A program made the translations under genes and the position numbers. Shown here piece by piece: positions 9,653 to 18,860 of a stretch of 64,000 bases of DNA (position 1 is its first letter; the number at the start of each line of letters is the position of its first letter). Source of the stretch: Alphaproteobacteria bacterium (GTDB lineage: Bacteria > Pseudomonadota > Alphaproteobacteria > SHVP01); assembly GCA_016869765.1 (NCBI GenBank), contig VGES01000007.1:13708-77707 (forward strand). Reading direction: 5' to 3'. The notes below the pieces were generated by a model that was not told the origin of the DNA, ran no database searches, and saw only the letters and a list, made by a program, of their open reading frames with translations.

Positions 9653-11242
9653 CTAGCGTATTCCGGTGACCATCGTTTGATAGGCGTTAGGATCGAAGTC
9701 CGCGCGAACGAAAAGCGGCTCGGTTGCCTTCCAACTGTGTAGAGCCCTCGAGAAAGACTCGTGTGAGGTAACGTGCCTAGTCGGGAGGCCAAAACCTTCG
9801 GCATACCGGAGCCAGTCCCGATGGGGAAACAGGAGGCTACGCTGGTCCAACCCATCTCGAATCGCTCTCACACGAATCGAACCGAACCCGCCGTCGCTCA
9901 TCAAAATGATTGCTATCGGTAGGCGAGCGGATACAGCTATTTCAATGTCGGCCCAATACATTCCGATACCGCCGTCGCCGATCAGCAACACGGTGGGAAC
10001 TGTTGAATCAACAAGAGCAGCAGCAAGTGCCATCGGTAGTCCAACACCCATGTCTCGTCCTGAACCCGAACCCAGGTAGGTGTTTGGCCCCGTGGCTTGC
10101 CAGGCATGTTCTGCAATCGTGCAAAAGTAGCCAGTATCGACGACAAGCCGTACGTTGCTGCCGAATCGATTTTGGATGGCCGCGCATGCCGGCCCTGGCA
10201 GAAAGGGTTCCGCGTCGAATCGGCGTTTGAGAGCGGCGCGATGGCGACTGAGCTCTTCCAACCCCCAAGACCGTGCTCGTAGCGATTCGAATACCAACTG
10301 AACGGAGTTTGGTTCGAGCCGATGATCGAACGGGATTTTCGAGCATGCCGCCGGGATATCGTCGACACCGATTGATGAACAGGGGAAGCGCCCGTAGTTT
10401 AAGAGTTCATTCGCGCGCAGGCCGAGTCCGACGACCAAGTCCGCAGCGGACAAGATTGTTGCTTCGGGAACAAGCTCCAGTCCGACTCCTGTATAAACGC
10501 CGGCGGCATGCTTTAGGCGCTCGTCAATCAGGCCTTTGGCCGAAGCCGTTGTGAAAACTGGGACGTTGAGCGCAGCCAGTTCCGGGCCCCACCCACGTCG
10601 CAACGCTAGCGCTCCGGCGACCACTACGGGCCGCTTCGCGCGCTCGACCAACTCAAGTCCGGCCCTATCTCGGGACGAAGTTTCTGGTTCGAAAGGTGGG
10701 GGCAGCTCGCTCTTCGGTGGCTTCGGGGCGAGTTGGAAGACGACGGGGCCGGGCGGTTCCGTTGCAGCCCAGCGTGCCATCGCCCGATAGCTTGGTCCAT
10801 CCTCGGACAACGATCGAATTCCCTTGCTGACCGCCATAACGAGGCCCTTATGGTCCAGCCACTTGTGTACCGTATTGGTTGGCTGTTCCGCCGCGTATGC
10901 TTCCGCCACGGCGACCATCGGGAAGCCTTCAAGACAGCAAGCCGCAAGCCCGGGCACCATGTTGGCAAGACCGGGACCTTTGATGGCAACTGCCACACCA
11001 GGGATTTCGGTCAACCTGCCCAGTGTACCCGCCATTATTGCGGCGGTTCCCTCGAAATGTGTCGTACGGAAGTTGACGCCCCGGCGACTCAATGCGTCGA
11101 TCAACGAAAGCGTTGAACCACTGCCGGGAATTCCAAAAACATGCTTCAACCCTGCCGAGGCAATTTCATCTGCTAGACGCGCGATGCTCACGGCGTTGAA
11201 AGACCAAGGTGATGAGCGACCTTTTCCGCGGCTCTTGCGCAA
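9653..11242 (-). CDS. Thiamine-pyrophosphate enzyme, acetolactate-synthase-like (three-domain ALS/YerE-type); start uncertain
   Basis: N-terminal HVFGIPGSGSTLSLIDAL (Pyr domain). C-terminal TPP motif LLIGDGGIGMYWADIEIAV...MSDGGFG. The 55-nt overlap with the upstream gene suggests a later start. Confidence 0.75.
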   Translation of the reverse strand: MRKSRGKGRSSPWSFNAVSIARLADEIASAGLKHVFGIPGSGSTLSLIDALSRRGVNFRTTHFEGTAAIMAGTLGRLTEIPGVAVAIKGPGLANMVPGLAACCLEGFPMVAVAEAYAAEQPTNTVHKWLDHKGLVMAVSKGIRSLSEDGPSYRAMARWAATEPPGPVVFQLAPKPPKSELPPPFEPETSSRDRAGLELVERAKRPVVVAGALALRRGWGPELAALNVPVFTTASAKGLIDERLKHAAGVYTGVGLELVPEATILSAADLVVGLGLRANELLNYGRFPCSSIGVDDIPAACSKIPFDHRLEPNSVQLVFESLRARSWGLEELSRHRAALKRRFDAEPFLPGPACAAIQNRFGSNVRLVVDTGYFCTIAEHAWQATGPNTYLGSGSGRDMGVGLPMALAAALVDSTVPTVLLIGDGGIGMYWADIEIAVSARLPIAIILMSDGGFGSIRVRAIRDGLDQRSLLFPHRDWLRYAEGFGLPTRHVTSHESFSRALHSWKATEPLFVRADFDPNAYQTMVTGIR

Positions 11243-12135
11243 ACCCGCGCCACGGCATCGGGGCTAAAGCCACCGCAATGGGGCGTGATAAGAAGATTGT
11301 CGTGATGCCTCGCGTAATTCACCAGCGGGTGATCGGCGATGTCAGGCTCGCCGTCGAGAACATCAACGGCAGCCGCAGCCAACTTCCCCGTCTTGAGCGC
11401 ATCTAGCAACGCGAGTTCATCCACGACGGCACCCCGAGAAGTATTGATCAGGATGGCGGTGGGCTTCATCGCCGCGAACTGGCTCGCGCCCAGGAGGCCG
11501 CGTGTCGACTCGCTCAAATGGACGTGGATTGACACGACATCTGAGCGGGCTAGGACTTCCTCCAAAGTCCCGCGCTCGACGTCGGCGGGCCAAGGTTCGA
11601 TATACGGGTCCGTACCAAGGACGGTCATGCCAAACGCCCGGCCATATCGAGCCATCCACTGCCCAATCCTGCCGCAACCAATCAGCCCAAGAACGCGACC
11701 GTTGAGCATCAAGCCAGGAAAGTCTTCGCGTACCCAAGATCCAGATCGAACATGCGCTATCGCTGGCACGAGGCGGCGAGCGCAAGCGAGAACCAGAGCC
11801 CAGCTCAATTCGGCCGCGGGGGTGAGGTTATTCAGCAACGGTCTATCTTCGCGCAACGTTAGAACAACAATCCCGTTGCTTGCCGCCGCCGAATGATCGA
11901 TGTGATCTGACCCTGTGGTTGCAGTCGAAATGATGCGCAACTGCTTTGCTCGCGTAAGGACCTCGGCAGTCAGCCGAACTTTCATAGAGGCGTCGATCAG
12001 GGCGTTAGCGGTGGTTAGTGCGTTGGCGACCGCAATTTCCGTAGCCGGCACGTGTTTGATCTTTGCCCGCACGTTGAGAACGTCTTTTACGGCGACGAAT
12101 CCTGCAGTTGCGCCGATGTACGCAACTTCGATCAC
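11188..12135 (-). CDS. D-isomer-specific 2-hydroxyacid dehydrogenase family (NAD-binding)
   Basis: GLIGCGRIGQWMARYGRAFGMTVLGTDPY glycine-rich NAD fold and the catalytic region ...RGAVVDE...LITPHCGG. Confidence 0.75.
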   Translation of the reverse strand: MIEVAYIGATAGFVAVKDVLNVRAKIKHVPATEIAVANALTTANALIDASMKVRLTAEVLTRAKQLRIISTATTGSDHIDHSAAASNGIVVLTLREDRPLLNNLTPAAELSWALVLACARRLVPAIAHVRSGSWVREDFPGLMLNGRVLGLIGCGRIGQWMARYGRAFGMTVLGTDPYIEPWPADVERGTLEEVLARSDVVSIHVHLSESTRGLLGASQFAAMKPTAILINTSRGAVVDELALLDALKTGKLAAAAVDVLDGEPDIADHPLVNYARHHDNLLITPHCGGFSPDAVARVCARAAEKVAHHLGLSTP

Positions 12136-13310
12136 ACGTGATCTCCGAAGGAGAGGCGCTTCTGAACCTGAAAGGTCGAGGTAGCGAGTAGGTCGGCGAT
12201 TCGCTTGCCCGCGTGGCCGTCTCCGAATCGTGTCGACCGGCGGTAGCGGCCGTGATCGATCTGAAAGTGAACGGCCCTCTCGATGTCCCTGGCTTCGTAC
12301 CCTACGTCCCTGACATTCTCATCTCGTTCGCGCCCAGCCTGGCGCGTCCCGATGTTTACGGCTGGCACGCCCAAGAACGACCCTTCGCGGAGCGCGCTGG
12401 ATGAATTCCCGACGAGGCAAGACGCGTGATAAATCAGACGTGCGTAGTCTTCGACCGAGAAGTTGCGGTAGAAATGAATCGGCGCCGAAGGGTGCTGTTC
12501 GCGAAATTGGCGGAGCCCTTTGGAGATGTCATCCGAGCCCGCATCAACATTGGGCCATAACCATATCGCTTGAAGGCCGATGCGAAGCACCGCAGACAGA
12601 GTCTCGCGGATTTGTTTTAGGCCGTTGCCGTACTCGGTGGTTACCGGGTGCTGGAGCACGACGACATAGCGGCGGCTGGGGTCAATCGTTGCGCCAACGC
12701 CCTTTCCACCGCTGAAGAAATCGGCGCGCAGGGATAGGTCAAGCGCAGCCAGGACATCAATTGATGGGCAGCCGGTGAGGTGGACGGTTGCCCGCTCTTC
12801 GCCCATCCGCACCAGGTTCTCCGCTGCTAGCGCGGTTGCGGGAAAATGAATGTGTGCAAGCTTAGTAACAGCATGCCGTACACTCTCATCGATCGACCCC
12901 GTGACCTCCCCTCCCTGGGTATGAGCAACCGGTATATTCATGTAGGCGCCCGCAATTGCGGTGGCGATCGTCTCGAATCGGTCAGCCACGGTCAGCACTA
13001 CGTCGGGTCGAATGTTCTCAAAAGTGGTTGCAAGCTCCATGATGGCCAACCCTGTCGACTTGGCCATTGTCGTTGGGGTTTCCCCCTCGACAATGGAATA
13101 AACCGTCGCAACGGGCGAAAACCCATCGCGGGCGATCACCTCGCTGACGTTTCCGAATCGCCAAAGCAGCGCAGATGCCCCGATCACAAGCTGAAGTTCG
13201 AGTCTCGGATGCTCGGTGATCGATCGCAAGACCGTCTTGATCCGGCCGTAGTTCGCGCGGCTATTGACGACGACGCAAATTTTGCGCCGACTCCCCGTCG
13301 AATGGCTCAT
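12132..13310 (-). CDS. neuC: UDP-N-acetylhexosamine 2-epimerase, hydrolysing (NeuC/LegG-like)
   Basis: KICVVVNSRANYGRIKTVL...HTQGGEVTGSIDESVRHAVTKLAHIHF matches the hydrolysing UDP-GlcNAc 2-epimerase family. Confidence 0.75.
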   Translation of the reverse strand: MSHSTGSRRKICVVVNSRANYGRIKTVLRSITEHPRLELQLVIGASALLWRFGNVSEVIARDGFSPVATVYSIVEGETPTTMAKSTGLAIMELATTFENIRPDVVLTVADRFETIATAIAGAYMNIPVAHTQGGEVTGSIDESVRHAVTKLAHIHFPATALAAENLVRMGEERATVHLTGCPSIDVLAALDLSLRADFFSGGKGVGATIDPSRRYVVVLQHPVTTEYGNGLKQIRETLSAVLRIGLQAIWLWPNVDAGSDDISKGLRQFREQHPSAPIHFYRNFSVEDYARLIYHASCLVGNSSSALREGSFLGVPAVNIGTRQAGRERDENVRDVGYEARDIERAVHFQIDHGRYRRSTRFGDGHAGKRIADLLATSTFQVQKRLSFGDHV

Positions 13311-13361
13311 CTTCGTTGTTGCTTTCCAACACGTCTCAAGTTCGGCACCGAATGGGTCACG

Positions 13362-14513
13362 CTAGGAATCCGATTGGACATCATCCCACGTGAGTATTCG
13401 AAGTTCGTTAACGGATCGGCGAAGGCGTTTGCCAACGAGGCGTGGCAAATCGGACTCCGGAATACCGCCCCCGGGTTTCTTCATCGTCAACATCTCGGCG
13501 GTAAGGACTGTGCCGGCAGACAATTCGCGTGATGGCGCGACGCTCTTGGTGAAAGTCGAACGCATCGTTGACAGCTCGCGAGCCATCGAGTCCTTGTCGA
13601 TCGGATTCGCGTCCATCGTCCAGATGCTGGATCGAGCTTCCGACAATCGCCGAAACTCGGCGATCGTCAAAGAAGACGTGGTGTCAGGGCCAAACATACG
13701 ACGATCGAGAGTTAGGTGGGCTTCGACGAGGTCGAACCCCCGCATGATCGTGGCGATCCCCGGCCAGATAGTACCGGAATGATCTGAAAGCCCCACTGGA
13801 CACCCGAAGCGCCGACGATACTCATTCATGACGTTCAGTCCGACCTCAGTCAACGGGGTCGGATACTTGCTAGTACACTGCAGGAGGGCGATGGCACTAC
13901 CGCTGCCGACGATCCGATGAACGGCTCGGCTGACGTCCTCGTATGTACACATTCCAGTGGAAAAGATTATTGGCAGCTTTGTCGCGGTCATTGCCTCGAT
14001 AAGGTAGGACGATGAAAATTCCCCGGAGCCGACCTTCCATGCAGGGACACCAATTTTCTCCAGCAGCTCGATAGCTTCGACCGAGAACGCGCTGCTCAAG
14101 AAAACCAGATTTCGCTCTCGAGCATGATCGGAAAGACCCAACCAATGCTCGGGAGAAAACTCCATTCGTCTCCAATAGTCATAGCGGGTCTGATCTTGGC
14201 GACTAAATCGCACGCGAAAAGGCTCGTCCAGTGTCGACTCGGCGGTGGCTATGTGCGTCTGGAACTTGACCGCGTCAGCTCCCGCTTCAGCGGCGGCGTC
14301 CACGAAGGCATGTGCCATTCCCAGCGATCCATCGTGCGCTTGGGCGATCTCGGCGATGAGGAAGGGCGGATGGCCGGATCCGATGTTGCGCCCGCAAATG
14401 GAGAACGTGTCATGGGCCCTCGAGTTGGTAGCTTTGTCCACGCCGTTATACCCGCGCCTCCGCGGCCGTCGCTCTATCTGGCGCGTCGGGCGGCCGCAAA
14501 GAACCGTTCTCAA
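13362..14513 (-). CDS. NeuB-family N-acylneuraminate/nonulosonate synthase #2 (with SAF domain); 5' end probably shorter
   Basis: IGSGHPPFLIAEIAQAHDGSLGMAHAFVDAAAEAGADAVKFQTH plus a C-terminal SAF segment LSAGTVLTAEMLTMKKPGGGI. The ORF-track start overlaps the ABC gene by 68 nt. An in-frame GTG at 14441 lies 4 nt after the ABC stop. Confidence 0.8.
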   Translation of the reverse strand: MRTVLCGRPTRQIERRPRRRGYNGVDKATNSRAHDTFSICGRNIGSGHPPFLIAEIAQAHDGSLGMAHAFVDAAAEAGADAVKFQTHIATAESTLDEPFRVRFSRQDQTRYDYWRRMEFSPEHWLGLSDHARERNLVFLSSAFSVEAIELLEKIGVPAWKVGSGEFSSSYLIEAMTATKLPIIFSTGMCTYEDVSRAVHRIVGSGSAIALLQCTSKYPTPLTEVGLNVMNEYRRRFGCPVGLSDHSGTIWPGIATIMRGFDLVEAHLTLDRRMFGPDTTSSLTIAEFRRLSEARSSIWTMDANPIDKDSMARELSTMRSTFTKSVAPSRELSAGTVLTAEMLTMKKPGGGIPESDLPRLVGKRLRRSVNELRILTWDDVQSDS

Positions 14514-16263
14514 GGAAAAGAACTTGATCAGCGATTCGGATCACCTCCGGTTGGTGGCTAATTGCAATCACTGTTGTGGAATGGGCAATGACCGAGAGCC
14601 GTTTGATGAGATCCCGCGCAGTGGCTGAATCCAATGAGGCCGTTGCTTCATCAAGGATGAGGAGGGCGGGCCGGCGCGCCAAAGCGCGCGCCAGCACGAG
14701 ACGTTGGCGTTGACCACCCGATAGTCTTCCGCCGCGTTCGCCGACCACAGTATTGAGTCCTTCGGGTAGCGCCGAAACGAACTGATCTGCCCCCGCAGTC
14801 GCCAGTGCACTGGTGATATCGTCTTCGCTGATGTTGGATCGGCCAAGCGTCATGTTGGCTCGGATGGTGTCGTTTAGGAGGACGGGCTCTTGGGGAACAT
14901 AGCCGATGTGGTTGCGCCAGTCGGCGAGAGCAATCGTCGCGAGATCTTTGTCATCTATCAAGACGCGGCCGGCCTTTGGCCAGTAGAGCCCGACAATCAA
15001 GTCGATCAAAGTGGTCTTTCCGGTGCCGGAGGGGCCGACAATGACGGTGATTTGTCGAGCAGGAATGCGCGCGGTCACCAGGGTTAGGACATCTTTCTCC
15101 GAGTGTCCGAAGGAAACGCGGTCGAAGGTGATTGCATCGGTCAAGGATGCTCGCGCCTGTCCTCCGCTGGCTTCTCGGCGCTCAGCAGTCGTTTGTGTCA
15201 TTCCTTCCACAAACCAGAACCCTCCCTCGGATGCTACGACAGTCTGGATATTGCCTTGGATGCCCGTAACTGACGCGATGGCTCGCGAAAATATGACGCC
15301 GAGCGTCATCAAGGTTTCAAGCGGCGTACCGCCCAGGGTGAGCAGATAATAGGCGCCACCGGCCAAAGCGATCGCGACCAGCGGTTCAGTAACTTGAGGC
15401 AATGTGAGTAGAAGGATCGTCAATCTCCGTCGCACCTTCTCAAGAGCGACGATGTCGGCCGTGATCAAGTCGCCGAGGTACCGCGTGCCGTTCATGATCT
15501 TGGCCGGTTTCATAGAGGCGAGACCATCAACTAAGCGAGTCATGAGGGCATTCTGAACCGTGGTTTGCTCGGCTCCAACTCTTCGAGTTTTTCGAATGTA
15601 GCCGAAGAGAACTAGGCTGATGAGCCCCCCAAATAGAATTCCGGCGGTCGTAACTTGCCAGGAGATCATCAGGGCCACGCCAGTCAAGATGACGACGCGG
15701 ATCACTGACGCGGCAAACTTGCTCGATGCAACGTAGCCGTTTCCACCGCGTCCCGCCTCGGTTCCCATGGCCGAGGCGATTCGTCCAGCCGGCATGTCGA
15801 TCAAGAGATCCCACCTTGCCGAGAGGATGCCGTCGCTCAGCCGCTTTCGCATATCCGCCACCACCAGTTGACCGGTGTGGGCCACGACGAAGGTCGACGA
15901 TATCGAGAAAAGCGCCTTCACCAACATCGTCAAGACAAACAGGGCGATCATAACCTCCAGGGTTGGCGCAACGGAAACGAACGACAGGGCCTCTGTTACA
16001 GATTGGGTGATCACATCATCGGACCGTATTTCGTCGGTTCCCCGGACGAACAAGGTGAGGAGTGGCAACAAGACCGCGAGGCCGACTCCCTCAAGTAGTC
16101 CGCTCAACAGCAGGGCCAAGACTGTGGCGACGGCGTGAAACGGGTAGCGCCTAGCTATCAGCGACACCATCGCCCACGTTCGGCGAGGAACAATTTCCGA
16201 GGCGGTTGACGTCACCGTAGATTGAATCCTACTAGATGCTCGCGGAACGACGTCGGGTCGCAA
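14446..16263 (-). CDS. ABC exporter, fused permease-ATPase (MsbA/PglK-like)
   Basis: Six predicted TM helices N-terminally. Walker A GPSGTGKTT, ABC signature LSGGQRQRLVLARAL, Walker B LILDEATASLD. Confidence 0.85.
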   Translation of the reverse strand: MRPDVVPRASSRIQSTVTSTASEIVPRRTWAMVSLIARRYPFHAVATVLALLLSGLLEGVGLAVLLPLLTLFVRGTDEIRSDDVITQSVTEALSFVSVAPTLEVMIALFVLTMLVKALFSISSTFVVAHTGQLVVADMRKRLSDGILSARWDLLIDMPAGRIASAMGTEAGRGGNGYVASSKFAASVIRVVILTGVALMISWQVTTAGILFGGLISLVLFGYIRKTRRVGAEQTTVQNALMTRLVDGLASMKPAKIMNGTRYLGDLITADIVALEKVRRRLTILLLTLPQVTEPLVAIALAGGAYYLLTLGGTPLETLMTLGVIFSRAIASVTGIQGNIQTVVASEGGFWFVEGMTQTTAERREASGGQARASLTDAITFDRVSFGHSEKDVLTLVTARIPARQITVIVGPSGTGKTTLIDLIVGLYWPKAGRVLIDDKDLATIALADWRNHIGYVPQEPVLLNDTIRANMTLGRSNISEDDITSALATAGADQFVSALPEGLNTVVGERGGRLSGGQRQRLVLARALARRPALLILDEATASLDSATARDLIKRLSVIAHSTTVIAISHQPEVIRIADQVLFLENGSLRPPDAPDRATAAEARV

Positions 16264-16286
16264 ACGACATGGTGGCGGTGCGGGTA

Positions 16287-17186
16287 TCAGAGTCGCAGGG
16301 CATTCGAACGATATTCGACAAATACGGAGTGGCGCTCGTGCCCTGGGGAGAATATCCCCCTAGCGTGCCAACCAAAGGTGTTCGCAATCATAAGCGTATT
16401 GGCGTCGCAGCTCAGAGTCACCTTCCTCAGGCCCCACTTCTCGAGATCGACATCGGTGATGCGCGGCGCGCGCTGTCCTATGCCAACGCTGTTCGAATAC
16501 TCGAACAGGAGCCGGCGCGGATGAAGGCGATGGGACTTGGGGACGAAGACAAAGGCAGCGCTATCCGCATCCGTTGGCCGCAGGTACAAATATGCCTTGG
16601 TGATCGAATAGAACGTATCCGAATGCAGGTCACTATTCGTATCTTCGGTATAGGCAGCGGTAGGACCGCCGTCGTGTAACAGGGCGCGCTCAAACCGCGC
16701 CTTGAACATACCGCGACGATACAGCGTTTCCTCTGTTTGGCCCTCGTGGGCCATGACGATTCTCACGAATCGTTCGTCACGCAAGACTGAACGCGTCGTT
16801 TCTGGATAAATACTCTCGTTCCCGCTGATCGTTTCCGAGTGAACAACGGTTCTTACACGATCGAGTAGGGGTAATATTCTTTGTTCCCGCAGCCGCTGTT
16901 GCGCTGCGTCGAATTCTCGCCGAACCAATGCAAGGTCGCGTTCGCTCAGAAAATTGGGGATCGTGCAGTAGCCCTGCTCTATCAATTGACGAGTGGGGGT
17001 CTCTTTCGTTGATCGATCTCGCATGCGACGCACGTGCAAGAGAGTGCGGGCCGCGCAAATTCGCGCCAGTTGAAGGCCTAGGCGGTTCAGCGCCGCAGAT
17101 GGGATCAGCTTGTCGTTGGACAGGATATTTGCCAGTTGACTCATGTCGATATCCGGATCGCGATCAAGACGAAACAGGCGTTCCAA
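16287..17186 (-). CDS. Putative Fe(II)/2-oxoglutarate dioxygenase, PhyH-like; start uncertain
   Basis: GYCTIPNFLSERDL start-like motif and an HSD...H arrangement (LHSDTFYS ... FGWHARG) typical of phytanoyl-CoA-dioxygenase-type folds. Weak. Confidence 0.45.
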   Translation of the reverse strand: MERLFRLDRDPDIDMSQLANILSNDKLIPSAALNRLGLQLARICAARTLLHVRRMRDRSTKETPTRQLIEQGYCTIPNFLSERDLALVRREFDAAQQRLREQRILPLLDRVRTVVHSETISGNESIYPETTRSVLRDERFVRIVMAHEGQTEETLYRRGMFKARFERALLHDGGPTAAYTEDTNSDLHSDTFYSITKAYLYLRPTDADSAAFVFVPKSHRLHPRRLLFEYSNSVGIGQRAPRITDVDLEKWGLRKVTLSCDANTLMIANTFGWHARGIFSPGHERHSVFVEYRSNALRL

Positions 17187-17204
17187 AGCCGACGAATACT
17201 GATC

Positions 17205-17981
17205 TCATTCTCGGGCGATCGAAATAGGTTTCTGTTCCACGTGAGCATTGATCGCAATCCATGCGGGGTTTTGCCGCAGGCATTCGAGGCAGTCCTCCAA
17301 GTTGAACCAGGGCCGCTCCTTGTGCAGAACCAGCAGCATCCGATCGATGAGCTCAAAGTCCGCGGCCGTATCAACGGTCCAACGGTGCCGACTTTGATCC
17401 GATGAATAGGCGACGTTGTGCAGACGAAAGCGGCTTGGCTGGCGCCACACAAAGAGAGTCACATGTTCACGATCCTCGGGATTGCTGGCTTCGGCGTGGG
17501 CCAATTCGAGCACGCTACGCGGCAGAACCTCGGTATCCATCCCCCGGGGATAGGTCGGGATCAACCGATTGCTCACATAGTCGACATCGGCTCGGCGCCC
17601 TAGAAACGCTTCGATGGTCCGATCGATAACGGCAGGGTCGATCAAGGGGCAATCTGAAGTGACGCGAACGACAATATCAGCGTCAGAGTGTCGAGCCGCG
17701 CCAACATAGCGAGCCAAGACATCTTTCTCCGGGCCGCGAAACACCTCTAGCCCCATCGCCCGAGATAGTTCGACAATCGGCAAGTCGTCATCCTTGTCCG
17801 TCGTAGCGACGACGACGGCATCAGCAAGTCGAGAGCGCGCTATACGTTCCAAGTGATGGCCGAGAAGCGACTTTCCCGCCGAGACCTTCATCACCTTTCC
17901 CGGCAATCGGGTCGAGCCCACTCGAGCCTGGGTAACGATGACGACTCTCGATCCGGAACGTTCGTTCATCCCATTTTTCAA
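17205..17981 (-). CDS. CMP-sugar cytidylyltransferase, PseF/SpsF-like (third cytidylyltransferase)
   Basis: VVIVTQARVGSTRLPGKVMK is the PseF/SpsF/KdsB-type motif (ARxGSxRLPGK). Confidence 0.7.
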   Translation of the reverse strand: MKNGMNERSGSRVVIVTQARVGSTRLPGKVMKVSAGKSLLGHHLERIARSRLADAVVVATTDKDDDLPIVELSRAMGLEVFRGPEKDVLARYVGAARHSDADIVVRVTSDCPLIDPAVIDRTIEAFLGRRADVDYVSNRLIPTYPRGMDTEVLPRSVLELAHAEASNPEDREHVTLFVWRQPSRFRLHNVAYSSDQSRHRWTVDTAADFELIDRMLLVLHKERPWFNLEDCLECLRQNPAWIAINAHVEQKPISIARE

Positions 17982-18140
17982 TTCATCTAGGTCTTACCAA
18001 AACCGAGCCATCTACTCGGGGCATCGCAAAGCCGCTGCACGGTCCGCATCCGGTTATCGTGGAGTCTTTGTACTGTCGCCAGCGATCCCCGATGGCGATC
18101 GCCTGCCAACCCTTTTCGAAAAGGCTCCGAGACGCGAGTC

Positions 18141-18860
18141 TCAGGCGCGGTCGGTCCATGATGGGCTTCTTGCGTGACGCCAACCGACCAGGTCGAACCA
18201 AACCGTAATTGCAAGAGCTCTCAAGATTCGTGCATTGGCACGCAAGCGACGGCCAAAGCGTGGGGCTCCCGAACGCTGAGATACCGGAACGTTGATAAGG
18301 CGATGACGTGCACCGGCGGCCAAGCTCGCCGACGCAAGTTCCGTGCCGATCAGACGGTAGCGGTCGAAGCAACCGTGTTTTCGGTATAACGCCGTGTTGT
18401 ATCCCTTGAGGCCGCAGAGAATATCGGGAACGCCATGACGCCATCGCGCGTACTGATTGAACAAGTACTCGGCGGTCCGCGCCGCTGCAGGTCTTTCGCC
18501 AATCACGAGATCGGCCTCGCCGCTAAGCAAGATAGCCAGTAGACTGGGCACAGCCGTTGGTTGATGCTGTCCATCGGCATCGAACGTGACGACGATGTCA
18601 GCACCTAGGGCCTCGGCTTTCTCGAAGCCCGACTGCAGGGCGGCGTCATAGCCGCGGTTACTGGGGTGGCGTACCACCAAGGCACCAGCCGACTCCGCGA
18701 GCGCGCCTGTCGCATCGGTAGAACCATCATCAACTACGATCGGTCGACCAAATGCAATGAGCGAACCTACGACCCGACCAATCGTCTCCGCTTCGTTGAG
18801 TGCCGGTATAACGATGACGCTATTCAACGTCGCGCAACAATACGCAACTGCCCTCGGCAA
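18141..18860 (-). CDS. Glycosyltransferase family 2 (short, DPM1/GtrB-catalytic-domain-like)
   Basis: VIVIPALNEAETIGRVV...VVDDGSTDAT (DxD region). The ORF-track start at 18860 is a TTG. An alternative TTG lies at 18827. Confidence 0.75.
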   Translation of the reverse strand: MPRAVAYCCATLNSVIVIPALNEAETIGRVVGSLIAFGRPIVVDDGSTDATGALAESAGALVVRHPSNRGYDAALQSGFEKAEALGADIVVTFDADGQHQPTAVPSLLAILLSGEADLVIGERPAAARTAEYLFNQYARWRHGVPDILCGLKGYNTALYRKHGCFDRYRLIGTELASASLAAGARHRLINVPVSQRSGAPRFGRRLRANARILRALAITVWFDLVGWRHARSPSWTDRA

